Shown here in pieces: positions 44,516-53,797 of a DNA stretch of 61,670 bases. The notes beneath the pieces were generated by a model. It did not search any database. It was not told where the DNA came from and was given only the letters and a program-made list of their open reading frames with translations. The stretch is from Candidatus Erginobacter occultus (GTDB lineage Bacteria; Auribacterota; Erginobacteria; Erginobacterales; Erginobacteraceae), in contig JAVCCZ010000064.1 in NCBI GenBank assembly GCA_030765265.1, forward strand, positions 1 through 61,670, written 5' to 3'. Numbering within the stretch: the first letter of the stretch is position 1; each line of letters begins with the position of its first letter. Made by a program: the position numbers and the translations under genes.

Positions 44516-44540
44516 TTTCCAGGGGCAAAATTCAGGTAAA

Positions 44541-45485
44541 ATGAAAATCTTCACCACGTTCCGCCGAACTTCTCTCCGCCCGGTGGTGGGAATCGGGAAT
44601 TTTGACGGCTGCCATCTCGGCCACCAGAAGATTCTCCGGAACGTGATCAAGGCCGCCGCCGGCCGGGGAACGCCGGCGGTCATCACTTTCTCCAACCATA
44701 CCCGCCTGGGAGTTTCCGGGGACGCCAACCGGCTCCTGACCACTACCGGTCAGCGGTTGGATTATTTTCGTCGGGCCGGGATCGCCGCCTGTTGGCTGAT
44801 CGATTTCAACCGGGACCTCTCCGCGCTTCCCCCCGAGGATTTTATCGACCGAATTCTGGTCGGCCGACTGGGAATCGAGGGGATCTGCGTCGGAGAGGGT
44901 TTCCGCTTCGGTGCCGGCCGTTCCGGTTCGACGGAATTACTCCGCCGGCGGGGGAAGGAGAGAGGCTTCCTGGTCCGGGAAATCCCCTCGGTCCGGATCG
45001 GCGGCCGGGAGGTCCGCAGTTCCCTGATCCGGGAAGAGGTCGCCGCCGGCCGGGTGGAAGCGGTGGCCGGCCTGCTCGGGCATCCCTATTGCCTGACCGG
45101 CCGGGTGGTCCGGGGCAGGGGGAGGGGGGGAGAACTCGGCTATCCGACCGCTAACTTCTTCCCCGACCAGCTGCTTCCGCCGGCCGGGGTTTACGCGGCG
45201 AAGATCGAGGCCGGGTTCCCTCCCGCCGGCGGGATCCTCTATGTCGGCACCAGCCCCACCTTCGCCGCCCCCGTCCCCCGTCCGGTGGTCGCCGAAGTCC
45301 ATATTTTTGACTGGTCGGGGAGTCTGGGGGGGAGAAGGATAAAAGTTTACTTGCTAAAAAGGCTGAGAAAGGATATAAAATTCAAGAATGAGGAATTATT
45401 AGTCTCGCGGATGAAGGAAGATGAACGGCAAGCCCGCTCCCTTCTTGGCGGCGGGAAATGGCAGACGGCGGGAATTGTTGGTTAG
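44541..45485 (+). CDS. ribF: Bifunctional riboflavin kinase / FMN adenylyltransferase
   Basis: VVGIGNFDGCHLGHQKIL N-terminal FAD-synthetase motif and a C-terminal riboflavin kinase (GYPTANF, AEVHIFDW). Confidence 0.9.
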   Translation: MKIFTTFRRTSLRPVVGIGNFDGCHLGHQKILRNVIKAAAGRGTPAVITFSNHTRLGVSGDANRLLTTTGQRLDYFRRAGIAACWLIDFNRDLSALPPEDFIDRILVGRLGIEGICVGEGFRFGAGRSGSTELLRRRGKERGFLVREIPSVRIGGREVRSSLIREEVAAGRVEAVAGLLGHPYCLTGRVVRGRGRGGELGYPTANFFPDQLLPPAGVYAAKIEAGFPPAGGILYVGTSPTFAAPVPRPVVAEVHIFDWSGSLGGRRIKVYLLKRLRKDIKFKNEELLVSRMKEDERQARSLLGGGKWQTAGIVG

Positions 45486-45593
45486 CCAATTGTGTCCTTT
45501 CGATCCCCTCGGTCTTTTTCGTCCCTTTCCCCTGATTGTCCGCCGGGTAATAAAGACTGTAGGGCACGATTAACAATCAAGGAGCATTAAAGT

Positions 45594-45863
45594 ATGAACA
45601 GCACCGAATCCAAGACCCGGGCCGCGATCGACGCGCTGGGTTATCACGAACGGGATACCGGATCTTCCGGCGTCCAGGTCGCCATCCTGACCGAGAAGAT
45701 CAAGGTCCTGACCGATCATATGAAGTCCAATCGCAAGGACTTTCGCTCTCAGCGGTCCCTGCGGATTATGGTCAGCCAGCGGGCCCGGCACCTGACCTAC
45801 CTGAAAAGAACCAAGCCCGCCAAGTACCGGGAAGTGGTGGCCAACCTGGGATTAAGAAAGTAA
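45594..45863 (+). CDS. rpsO: 30S ribosomal protein S15
   Basis: 89 aa; DTGSSGVQVAILTEKIKVLTDHMKSNRKDFRSQRSL pattern; precedes pnp. Confidence 0.96.
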   Translation: MNSTESKTRAAIDALGYHERDTGSSGVQVAILTEKIKVLTDHMKSNRKDFRSQRSLRIMVSQRARHLTYLKRTKPAKYREVVANLGLRK

Positions 45864-45867
45864 GCAG

Positions 45868-45909
45868 ATACAGAATATAGAATACAGAATCCAGATTACG
45901 GATTGAATC
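45868..45909. repeat. Six tandem degenerate heptads (ATACAGA family) in the rpsO-pnp spacer
   Basis: ATACAGA ATATAGA ATACAGA ATCCAGA TTACGGA TTGAATC. Confidence 0.75.
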
Positions 45910-45931
45910 CAAGAAGGAGTACAAAGTTATT

Positions 45932-48016
45932 ATGGAGATTAAGAGAAGTTGTCAGATGGGAGATAGAACCCTGGAGGTCGCCACCGGAGAACTGGCCCGC
46001 CAGGCCGATGGAGCGGTAACCGTGGCTTGCGAGGGGACGGTAGTCCTGGTCGCCGCGGTGGCGGCGCAGGAATGCCGCGAGGGGATGGATTTCCTTCCCC
46101 TGACCATAGATTACCGGGAAAAGATGCCCGCGGCGGGGAAGATCCCGGGGGGGTTCTTCAAGCGGGAAGGCCGCCCGACCGAGAAGGAGATCCTGACCGA
46201 CCGGGTGATTGACCGGCCGCTCCGGGCGCTCTTTCCGGCGGGGATCCGCAACGCGATCCAGATCACGGCCTGGGTGCTTTCGGCCGACGGCCAGAACGAC
46301 CCCGATATCCTGGCGGTCAACGGCGCCTCGGCCGCCCTGATGGTCTCCGGAATCCCCTTCGGGGGCCCGGTAGCCGGCGTCCGGATCGGGATGATCGGCG
46401 ATGATTTTATCATTAACCCCACCCTGGCTGAGCTGGAAGAGAGCCGGATGGATATCGTGTTGGTCGGTTCGAAAGAATCGATCAATATGGTCGAAGGTTC
46501 CGCCGACGGGCTCGACGAGGAGACGATTCTCCGCGCGCTCGAGTTCGGCCAGGGGGCCCTCGGTCCGATGATCGATCTCCAGAATGAAATGCGCGCCGAG
46601 GTGGCGCCCGTTCCCCGGGAATTCGTTCTCCAGGTCCCGCCGGAGGAACTGGTGAAGACGGTCGACGAACGGGCCGCCGAGGGTATCTCCCGGGCCCTGG
46701 AGATCCGGGGGAAGAAGGAACGGAGCCAGGCCCTCTCCGAGGTTAAGGAGAGCGTCCGGGAAGGCCTGCTGACCGAGAACCCGGAACTGGAAGGTTGGGC
46801 CTTCAGCGCCGCCTTCAAGGCCGCCCTGAAGAAATACAGCCGGCGGATGATTTTGGAAAAGAGCGTCCGGGTTGACGGCCGGAACCCCGATCAGATCCGG
46901 GAGATCACTTCCCGGGTCGGGGTCTTCCCCCGCACCCACGGTTCGGCGATCTTCAACCGGGGGGAGACCCAGGCCCTGGTCCTGGCCACCCTGGGAACCG
47001 TCTCCGACCGGCAGCGGATCGACGGTCTGGAGGAAGAGGAGAAGAAGAAGCGCTTTATGCTTCACTACAACTTCCCCCCCTTCTGTACCGGGGAGGCCCG
47101 GCCCAGTTTCGGTCCGAAACGGAGAGAGATCGGGCACGGAGCCCTGGCCGAACGTTCCCTGACCCCGGCTCTGCCGGGTGAGGACGAGTTCCCTTATACG
47201 ATCCGGCTGGTCTCCGATATCCTCTCCTCCAACGGGTCTTCCTCGATGGCCTCCATCTGCGGGGGCAGCCTCGCCCTGATGGACGCCGGGGTCCCGATGA
47301 AGACCGCGGTCGCCGGGATCGCGATGGGTCTGCTCAAGGAAGGCGACCAGAACGTGATCCTGACCGATATCCTCGGCTCCGAGGATGCCCTGGGCGATAT
47401 GGACTTCAAGCTGGCCGGGACGGCCGAGGGGGTGACCGGCCTCCAGATGGATATCAAGATCGCCGGGATTACCCGGGATATAATGAAACAGGCTCTCGAC
47501 AAGTCCCGGATCGCCCGGCTCCATATCCTGGAGAAGATGAACCAGGTCCAGCCGGAAGCCCGGGAGGAGATCTCCCCCTACGCGCCGAAGATTCTCTCCA
47601 TCCAGATCGACCCCGACAAGATCGGGTTGATCATCGGCCCCAAGGGGAAGAATATCAAGGCGATGGAAAAGACCGGCGTGAAGATCGATATCGAGGACGA
47701 CGGTTTTATCTCGATCGCTTCTTCCGATATCGAGGCGGCCCGGAACGCCCGGGAGACCATCGAGATGATGGTGGCCGAGGTGGAAGTCGGCAAGACCTAC
47801 CGGGGCACGGTCAAGACCGTGAAGCAGTTCGGGGCCTTTGTCGAGATCCTGCCCGGAAAGGACGGGCTCTGCCATATCTCCGAACTGGCCGAACACCGGG
47901 TGAAAGAGGTCGAGGACGTGATGAAGGAAGGAGACTCGGTGGAGGTCAAGGTGATCGCGATCGACAACCTCGGCCGGATCAAGCTCAGCCACAAGCAGGT
48001 CCAGTCTTCCGAATAA
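45932..48016 (+). CDS. pnp: Polyribonucleotide nucleotidyltransferase (PNPase)
   Basis: Two RNase PH domains (FFKREGRPTEKEILTDRVIDRPLR; SSNGSSSMASICGGSLALMDAGVP), KH (GPKGKNIKAMEKTG) and S1 (GTVKTVKQFGAFVEILPGKDGLCHISE). Confidence 0.97.
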   Translation: MEIKRSCQMGDRTLEVATGELARQADGAVTVACEGTVVLVAAVAAQECREGMDFLPLTIDYREKMPAAGKIPGGFFKREGRPTEKEILTDRVIDRPLRALFPAGIRNAIQITAWVLSADGQNDPDILAVNGASAALMVSGIPFGGPVAGVRIGMIGDDFIINPTLAELEESRMDIVLVGSKESINMVEGSADGLDEETILRALEFGQGALGPMIDLQNEMRAEVAPVPREFVLQVPPEELVKTVDERAAEGISRALEIRGKKERSQALSEVKESVREGLLTENPELEGWAFSAAFKAALKKYSRRMILEKSVRVDGRNPDQIREITSRVGVFPRTHGSAIFNRGETQALVLATLGTVSDRQRIDGLEEEEKKKRFMLHYNFPPFCTGEARPSFGPKRREIGHGALAERSLTPALPGEDEFPYTIRLVSDILSSNGSSSMASICGGSLALMDAGVPMKTAVAGIAMGLLKEGDQNVILTDILGSEDALGDMDFKLAGTAEGVTGLQMDIKIAGITRDIMKQALDKSRIARLHILEKMNQVQPEAREEISPYAPKILSIQIDPDKIGLIIGPKGKNIKAMEKTGVKIDIEDDGFISIASSDIEAARNARETIEMMVAEVEVGKTYRGTVKTVKQFGAFVEILPGKDGLCHISELAEHRVKEVEDVMKEGDSVEVKVIAIDNLGRIKLSHKQVQSSE

Positions 48017-48034
48017 TATAAGCGAGCTGGTTTA

Positions 48035-50461
48035 ATGGAGAAGCGACATTCTCCGGCCCTGGGTCTGATCCTGATCGCGGTCGGGATCTTTGTCGCCGTC
48101 AGTCTGCTCTCCTATCATCCCGGCGACGCCGCGGGAGCCCGGGGCGACGGGATAATCTATAATTACTGCGGCCGGGTCGGGGCCGAGTTGGCCCTGGCCC
48201 TCTATCTCGTGCTCGGCGCCGGGTCCCTGGTTATCCCGGCGCTGATCCTGGCCGAAGGGATTGTCCTCCTCCTCCCCCGGAACCGGCCGCCCCGGCCGGT
48301 CAGCCTGAAGTTTTTCTACGGCCTGCTGATCGTGGCCGGCCTCTCGCCCCTCCTCGACCTCCAGACCACCTTTCCCCCCGCCTGGCTGGGGAAGCAGCTG
48401 GAGGGGATGGGTCTGGGCGGCTGGTGGGGCGGGGTGGCGGTATCTTTCCTCTCCCCCCTCGGTCCCTTCGGCTCCCGGCTGGTCCTGGTTTCGATGATCC
48501 TGGTCCCCCTGGCCCTGCTCACCGAGCTCAAGCCGATCCTCGTCCCGGCCCGGGCCCTGGGGATTTTTCTTTGCGGCTGCCGGAAGTTTTTCGCCCGGCG
48601 GAGAAAAACCGCTCCCCTCCCGGCCGCTTCAGCCGCCCCGGCGCCGAATCGAGCGGCCGGCCGCGCCGCGGTTGAGAATTCCGCCCGGGCGCGGGCCGCC
48701 GAGCGGAAAAAGCGCGAGGAGGAGGAGAGGAAAGCCGAGAAGGAAAGGCTTCGGGAAGAACGGCGCCTGGCCCGGGAGAAGGAACGGGAGGAGAAGGAGG
48801 CGCTGCTTCGGCAAAAGCAGGAAGAGAAGAAGGAACGGGAGAAGTTGAAGAAGGCGGAAGCCCGGAAGAAAGCCAATGGGGTCAGCGCCCCCCGCCCGAA
48901 AAAATCCCGTCCGGCTTCCCTCCCGGCCGCGGCCGCCTTTTCCCCGGCCAACCCGGCCGCTTCGGGAGATAACGCCCCCTACCGGCTCCCGCCGCTGGAT
49001 ATCCTGGACGATCCCCCGCCGCTTTCGGAGCGAGAGCTGAAGAACAAGACCTACGACGAATCCGATATCCTCGAGAGCACGCTGGAGGATTTCGGGATCG
49101 AGTCAAGGGTGGTGGGTATCGAGCGGGGGCCGGCGATCACCCGGTACGAGCTGCAGATCGCCCCCGGGGTCAAGGTGGGGAAGGTCAAGGCCCTCGACAA
49201 CGACATCGCGTTGACGATGAAGGCGAAGTCGGTGCGGATCCTGGCCCCGATCCCGGGGAAGGCCGCGATCGGGATCGAGGTTCCCAACACCAACACCAAC
49301 CTGGTCTATATGCGGGAGATGATCGAGTCGCCCGAGTTCAAGAAGGGCCGCCACGTCCTCCCCCTGGCGCTCGGGAAGGACATCTCGGGTACGCCGATCG
49401 TGGCCGACCTGACCGCGATGCCCCACCTGTTGATCGCCGGGGCGACCGGTTCGGGGAAGACCGTCTGCATCAACTCGATCATCGTCAGCCTCCTCTTCTC
49501 CCGGACCCCCGACGAAATGAAGCTGATTATGGTCGATCCCAAGAAGGTCGAGATGGCCTCCTTCCACCGGCTCCCCCACCTGCTCTGCCCGGTGATCACC
49601 GACGCCGGCCAGGCGGCCCTGGCCCTGGCCTGGGTGATCAAGGAGATGGAGGACCGCTACGACCTCTGCGCCCGGGCCGGGGTGCGGAATATCGCCGCCT
49701 TCAACGCCGCCCGCCGGGCGGCAATCAAGGCCGCCAAGGGGGGCGAGCCGGACGACGAACTCCCGGATTCGATGCCCTACATCGTGCTCCTGATCGACGA
49801 ACTGGCCGACCTGATGCTGGTGGCGTCCAGGGAGATCGAGACCGCGATCGCCCGGCTGGCCCACCTCTCCCGGGCGGTCGGGATCCACCTGATCCTGGCC
49901 ACCCAGCGCCCCTCGGTCGACGTCATCACCGGGATCATCAAGGCCAATCTCCCCGGGCGGATCTCCTTCAAGGTCGCGGCCAAGGTCGATTCCCGGACCG
50001 TCCTCGACGCCGGCGGGGCGGACAAGCTGCTCGGCACCGGCGACCTCCTCTTCCTCCCGCCGGCCACCGACCAACTGATCCGGGCCCAGGGGACCTTCTG
50101 TCACGACCACGAGATCAACAACGTCGTCGCTTTCGTCACCCGCCAGCGTTCGCCGTCTTTCGAGAAAGAGATGTTCCAGAAGCCATACGTCCCGGCTGAT
50201 GATATTGCCGGCGGCGAGGGGAACGACGTTTTGATCGACGATGCGATCGACGTCATCCGGAAGACCGACCAGGCCTCGGTCTCGATGCTCCAGAGGAAGC
50301 TGAAGATCGGCTACTCCCGGGCCGCCCGGGTGATGGACCAACTGGAGCAGAAAGGCGTGGTCGGCCCCTACAAGGGAACCAAGGCCCGGGATATCCTGAT
50401 CGGGACCTACGCCGGCGACGGCACCGGAATGGGAGAAGAAGAGGAAGAGGAAGAAGAGTAG
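48035..50461 (+). CDS. ftsK: DNA translocase FtsK
   Basis: N-terminal four TM, a K/E-rich and Pro-rich linker, motor domain (HLLIAGATGSGKTVCINSII; LLIDELADLM), and a C-terminal gamma winged-helix (ASVSMLQRKLKIGYSRAARVMDQLEQKGVVGP). Confidence 0.93.
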   Translation: MEKRHSPALGLILIAVGIFVAVSLLSYHPGDAAGARGDGIIYNYCGRVGAELALALYLVLGAGSLVIPALILAEGIVLLLPRNRPPRPVSLKFFYGLLIVAGLSPLLDLQTTFPPAWLGKQLEGMGLGGWWGGVAVSFLSPLGPFGSRLVLVSMILVPLALLTELKPILVPARALGIFLCGCRKFFARRRKTAPLPAASAAPAPNRAAGRAAVENSARARAAERKKREEEERKAEKERLREERRLAREKEREEKEALLRQKQEEKKEREKLKKAEARKKANGVSAPRPKKSRPASLPAAAAFSPANPAASGDNAPYRLPPLDILDDPPPLSERELKNKTYDESDILESTLEDFGIESRVVGIERGPAITRYELQIAPGVKVGKVKALDNDIALTMKAKSVRILAPIPGKAAIGIEVPNTNTNLVYMREMIESPEFKKGRHVLPLALGKDISGTPIVADLTAMPHLLIAGATGSGKTVCINSIIVSLLFSRTPDEMKLIMVDPKKVEMASFHRLPHLLCPVITDAGQAALALAWVIKEMEDRYDLCARAGVRNIAAFNAARRAAIKAAKGGEPDDELPDSMPYIVLLIDELADLMLVASREIETAIARLAHLSRAVGIHLILATQRPSVDVITGIIKANLPGRISFKVAAKVDSRTVLDAGGADKLLGTGDLLFLPPATDQLIRAQGTFCHDHEINNVVAFVTRQRSPSFEKEMFQKPYVPADDIAGGEGNDVLIDDAIDVIRKTDQASVSMLQRKLKIGYSRAARVMDQLEQKGVVGPYKGTKARDILIGTYAGDGTGMGEEEEEEEE

Positions 50462-50526
50462 CCGTCACATCTGTAATTTCAGGCATTTTGAATTCTGCGG
50501 GTGAGGCATACCTCGCCCCTACTTTA

Positions 50527-50558
50527 GTCACTTTAAACTTTTGTCACTTTAAACTTGT
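50527..50558. repeat. 16-nt direct repeat x2 ending 3 nt before the rodZ-like start codon
   Basis: GTCACTTTAAACTTTT GTCACTTTAAACTTGT, then TCA, then the ATG at 50562. The related word CACTTTAAAT occurs twice at ~23726-23746. Confidence 0.75.
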
Positions 50559-50561
50559 TCA

Positions 50562-51041
50562 ATGGAATACCTTGGCGAACAACTGAATAAAGCCCGGACC
50601 GGAAAGGGCGTCTCCCTCGAGGAGGCGGCGGCGGCGACCAAGATCAAGATCGAGTATCTCCGGGCCCTGGAAGAGGGTGATTATACCCGGCTCCCCCCCC
50701 GCGCCTACGTGAAGGGGTTTTTGAAGATATACGGGCATTACCTCTCGCTGGATTATTCCCTGCTCCTCCAGTTCTACGAGGAGAGTTTCCAGTCTCAGGA
50801 ACCCCAGGCGGTCTTCTCGGAACAGAAGCCGGAATCTCCGCCGTTCCTCCCCGGGCTCCGCTGGAAGACCCTGCTGACCGGGGTCGGGGTTTTGCTGGTC
50901 CTCGCCCTTCTGGTCTGGGGCGGTCTCCTCCTCTTCCGGGGGATGGAAACCCGCCGGCAGGCGGCGGCGGAATTTCTCCAGGTTGACGACCCCTACGCCC
51001 CCGGGACCCTGGAAAAGATCCCGGTCCCGGCTCCAGAGTAG
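50562..51041 (+). CDS. RodZ-like helix-turn-helix membrane protein
   Basis: N-terminal HTH (LGEQLNKARTGKGVSLEEAAAATKIKIEYLRALEEGDY..LPPRAYVKGFLKIY) followed by a single TM (LLTGVGVLLVLALLVWGGLLLF). Confidence 0.7.
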   Translation: MEYLGEQLNKARTGKGVSLEEAAAATKIKIEYLRALEEGDYTRLPPRAYVKGFLKIYGHYLSLDYSLLLQFYEESFQSQEPQAVFSEQKPESPPFLPGLRWKTLLTGVGVLLVLALLVWGGLLLFRGMETRRQAAAEFLQVDDPYAPGTLEKIPVPAPE

Positions 51042-51120
51042 CACAGGCATTCCTGCCCGTGGCCAGGCTTCCACAGACAGGAATGTCCGTGCTGCCTTCT
51101 TCGCGTCCCGACTGAAATCG
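51035..51120. repeat. ~85-bp palindromic repeat, copy B
   Basis: AGAGTAGCACAGGCATTCCTGCCCGTGG..CTTCCACAGACAGGAATGTCCGTGCTGCCT...CTGAAATCG. It contains the TAG stop (51039-51041) of the rodZ-like gene. Confidence 0.8.
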
Positions 51121-51156
51121 GTTCAAGATGCAGAATTATTGCCACCAAGTATCACA

Positions 51157-52512
51157 ATGTCCATATCCTCTCCGCCGCCGTTCCGCCGGATCTGCCTGAT
51201 CAGTCTCGGCTGTGCCAAGAACCTGGTCGATTCCGAGACGATGCTCGGCTCCCTGCCCCCCGAACATTTCCGGCCCACCGTCCGGATGGAGGAGGCGGAT
51301 ATCGTGGTCGTCAATACCTGCGGTTTTCTCCGTTCCTCCCGCCGCGAGGGGCGGGAAGCGATCCGGCGGGCGTCCCGGTGGCGCCGCCGAAGCGGGGGAA
51401 TCCTGGTGGTGGCCGGATGCCTAATCCAGTATTGCGGGGAGAGAGCCGGGAAATTATTCCCCGACGCCGATATCCTCCTCGGGGTCGGGGAGGCGGGTTC
51501 ATTGGGCCGGCTGCTCACCGACCCGGACCCGGCCCGGCTTTCCCTCCGCCCGGTTCCCCATTTCCCCGTCAATGAAGACCTCCCCCGCCTGGTCTCCACC
51601 CCCCGCCACTGGGGTTATCTCCGGATCGCCGACGGCTGCGACAACCGCTGTTCCTACTGCCTGATCCCCGCCCTCCGCGGGCCTTACCGGGAACGCCCCC
51701 CCTCCCGGATCCTGGAAGAGGCCCGGCGGCTGGCCGACCGGGGGGCGCGGGAGCTGGTTTTGATCGCCCAGGACACCGCCCGCTACGGCCGTTCCCTTCC
51801 CGGCCGGCGGGGGTTGGATCGCCTGCTGGAGAAACTCCAGGCTATCGACTCCCTCGACTGGATCCGGGTTCTTTACTCCCACCCCCGGCACGTTGACTCC
51901 GGCCTCCTGCGGGCGGTCGCCGAGCTGCCCAAGGTCTGCCCCTATCTCGATATCCCGCTCCAGCATATCGACGACGGGATCTTAAAACGGATGGGGAGGA
52001 AGATCGATTCCCGCCGGATCCGGGAGGTGATCGACCGGGCCCGGGAACTGGTCCCCGGAATCAGCCTCCGGACCACCCTGATGGTTGGTTTCCCCGGGGA
52101 AGGCGAGTCCGAGTTCGAGAAACTGGCCGCCTTTATCCGCCGGGAAAAATTCGATCACCTCGGGGTCTTCGCCTACTCCCGGGAGCGGGGGGCGGCCGCC
52201 TACCGCTGCGGACCTGGTTCCCCCGTCCCGCTCGCCAACCGCCGCCGGGAGTTCCTGATGGAGGTCCAGCGGGAGGTCTCCGCCGCACGGCTCCGTCTCC
52301 GGCGGGGAGAAACCATCGAGGTCCTGATCGACGGCCCGTTCCCCGAGCCGGGAAGTCCCCTGATGGTCGGCCGGGCGATATTCCAGGCCCCCGAGGTCGA
52401 TGGGCTGGTGGTGGTGGAAGGGGAGGGGATCGAGGCCGGGGAGATGGTCCGGGTCCGGGTAACCGGATCCTCCCCGTACGATCTTTACGGGGTCAGGATC
52501 GAGGGGTCTTGA
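51157..52512 (+). CDS. rimO: Ribosomal protein S12 methylthiotransferase
   Basis: SLGCAKNLVDSE N-terminal MTTase motif, radical-SAM CxxxCxxC (CDNRCSYCLIP), and a C-terminal TRAM. ATG at 51157; the listed start at 50983 reads through the upstream gene and the repeat. Confidence 0.88.
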   Translation: MSISSPPPFRRICLISLGCAKNLVDSETMLGSLPPEHFRPTVRMEEADIVVVNTCGFLRSSRREGREAIRRASRWRRRSGGILVVAGCLIQYCGERAGKLFPDADILLGVGEAGSLGRLLTDPDPARLSLRPVPHFPVNEDLPRLVSTPRHWGYLRIADGCDNRCSYCLIPALRGPYRERPPSRILEEARRLADRGARELVLIAQDTARYGRSLPGRRGLDRLLEKLQAIDSLDWIRVLYSHPRHVDSGLLRAVAELPKVCPYLDIPLQHIDDGILKRMGRKIDSRRIREVIDRARELVPGISLRTTLMVGFPGEGESEFEKLAAFIRREKFDHLGVFAYSRERGAAAYRCGPGSPVPLANRRREFLMEVQREVSAARLRLRRGETIEVLIDGPFPEPGSPLMVGRAIFQAPEVDGLVVVEGEGIEAGEMVRVRVTGSSPYDLYGVRIEGS

Positions 52513-52566
52513 ATCCGGCTGCCTCCGGGTTATTCCGCGCGCCGCCTTTCCGGGGAGAAGTATTCC

Positions 52567-52594
52567 TTGAATTCCAAATTTGCCGGGATATAAT
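52567..52594 (+). promoter_or_regulatory. Candidate sigma70 promoter upstream of pgsA
   Basis: TTGAAT (52567-52572), a 16-nt spacer, then TATAAT (52589-52594), 24 nt upstream of the pgsA start. Confidence 0.45.
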
Positions 52595-52617
52595 GATCGA
52601 GAATTTTCCCAGGAAAA

Positions 52618-53244
52618 TTGTCTATGAATCTGCCCAACAAACTGACGATTGCCCGTCTTCTGGCGACGCCGCTCTTTGTCGTCCTCCTCACGGTCTCCTT
52701 TACCGGCAACTATACCGCCGCCCTGATCATCTTTGTCCTGGCGATGATCACCGATTTCTTCGACGGGGCCCTGGCCCGGACCCGGGGCCAGATCACCGAC
52801 GCCGGCAAACTGCTCGACCCCCTGGCCGACAAGATCCTGATTACCTCGGCCTTCATCATCTTCGTCGGGCTTGAGGAAGTCCGGCTCCCCGCCTGGCTGG
52901 TGATCATCATAGTCAGCCGGGAGTTCGCGATCACCGGTTTGCGGCTGGTGGCGGCCGGGAAGGGAAAGATCATCCCCGCCGGCCGCTGGGGGAAGCACAA
53001 GACCCTCACCCAGGTGATTACCGTCTCGGCTATCCTGGTCTATCTCTGTCTCTATTATGATTCCCGGATCGAGATGGCCGAGTATCGGCCCCTGGTCCTG
53101 ACCCTGGTCGCGATTACCGCGGCCTTTACCATCATTTCCGGCGGCTACTACCTGTTTCGGAACACCCGCTTCCTCGCCGACCTGACCGAAGATTCCCCCC
53201 GCCCCGGGAAAGAGTCTCCCCCCCCCGTGGAGAAAAGCCGATGA
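52618..53244 (+). CDS. pgsA: CDP-diacylglycerol--glycerol-3-phosphate 3-phosphatidyltransferase
   Basis: CDP-alcohol phosphatidyltransferase motif DFFDGALARTRGQITDAGKLLDPLADK; N-terminal PNKLTIARL. Confidence 0.9.
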   Translation: MSMNLPNKLTIARLLATPLFVVLLTVSFTGNYTAALIIFVLAMITDFFDGALARTRGQITDAGKLLDPLADKILITSAFIIFVGLEEVRLPAWLVIIIVSREFAITGLRLVAAGKGKIIPAGRWGKHKTLTQVITVSAILVYLCLYYDSRIEMAEYRPLVLTLVAITAAFTIISGGYYLFRNTRFLADLTEDSPRPGKESPPPVEKSR

Positions 53245-53753
53245 CCCCGGCCGCCCGGAAACGGGGCCGGGGGATCAGGTTCCTGGCCGGATTTTTCGGC
53301 CTCGGCTATTCCCCGGTTGCCCCGGGGACGGTCGGCGCCGCCGGCGGGGTAGGGGGGTACCTCCTGCTCCGGCTTTTCTTTCCCGGATTTGTCCCGGAAA
53401 CTTGGGGAGGCTTACGGGCCGGTTACCTGATCTTTCTGGCGGTCTTTTTCCTGGTCGGGGTCCAGGTCGCGACCCGGGCGGAGAAGGAATGGCGGCAGCG
53501 GGACGATCCCCGGATCGTGATCGACGAGGTTTTCAGCGTCTTCATCACCTTTATCGCCCTCCCGGTAAACCCGGCGCTTTTGGCCGCCGGCTTCATCCTC
53601 AACCGGTTCTTCGATGTCGCCAAACCTTTTCCCACCCGCCGGCTGGAGAAGGTCCCGGCCGGCTGGGGCGTGATGCTTGACGACCTGATGGCCGGCATTT
53701 ACAGCCGACTCGCGTTGGCGATATTGATATACGCGGGGGTGTTGGCGGTTTAA
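53241..53753 (+). CDS. pgpA: Phosphatidylglycerophosphatase A
   Basis: GLGYSPVAPGTVGAAGGV, IVIDEV, FDVAKPFP and GWGVMLDDLMAGIYS, typical of PgpA. Start overlaps the pgsA stop. Confidence 0.85.
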   Translation: MTPAARKRGRGIRFLAGFFGLGYSPVAPGTVGAAGGVGGYLLLRLFFPGFVPETWGGLRAGYLIFLAVFFLVGVQVATRAEKEWRQRDDPRIVIDEVFSVFITFIALPVNPALLAAGFILNRFFDVAKPFPTRRLEKVPAGWGVMLDDLMAGIYSRLALAILIYAGVLAV

Positions 53754-53797
53754 TAAAGTTGTCTCTTCCGGGAAAACTTCCTATAGTATCTCGAGAA

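Noticed and set aside
50983-51156. N-terminal extension of rimO (listed ORF start 50983).
   Set aside because: The extension overlaps the rodZ-like gene and reads through the 85-bp palindromic repeat. The conserved RimO N-terminus (RICLISLGCAKNLVDSE) begins right after the ATG at 51157.
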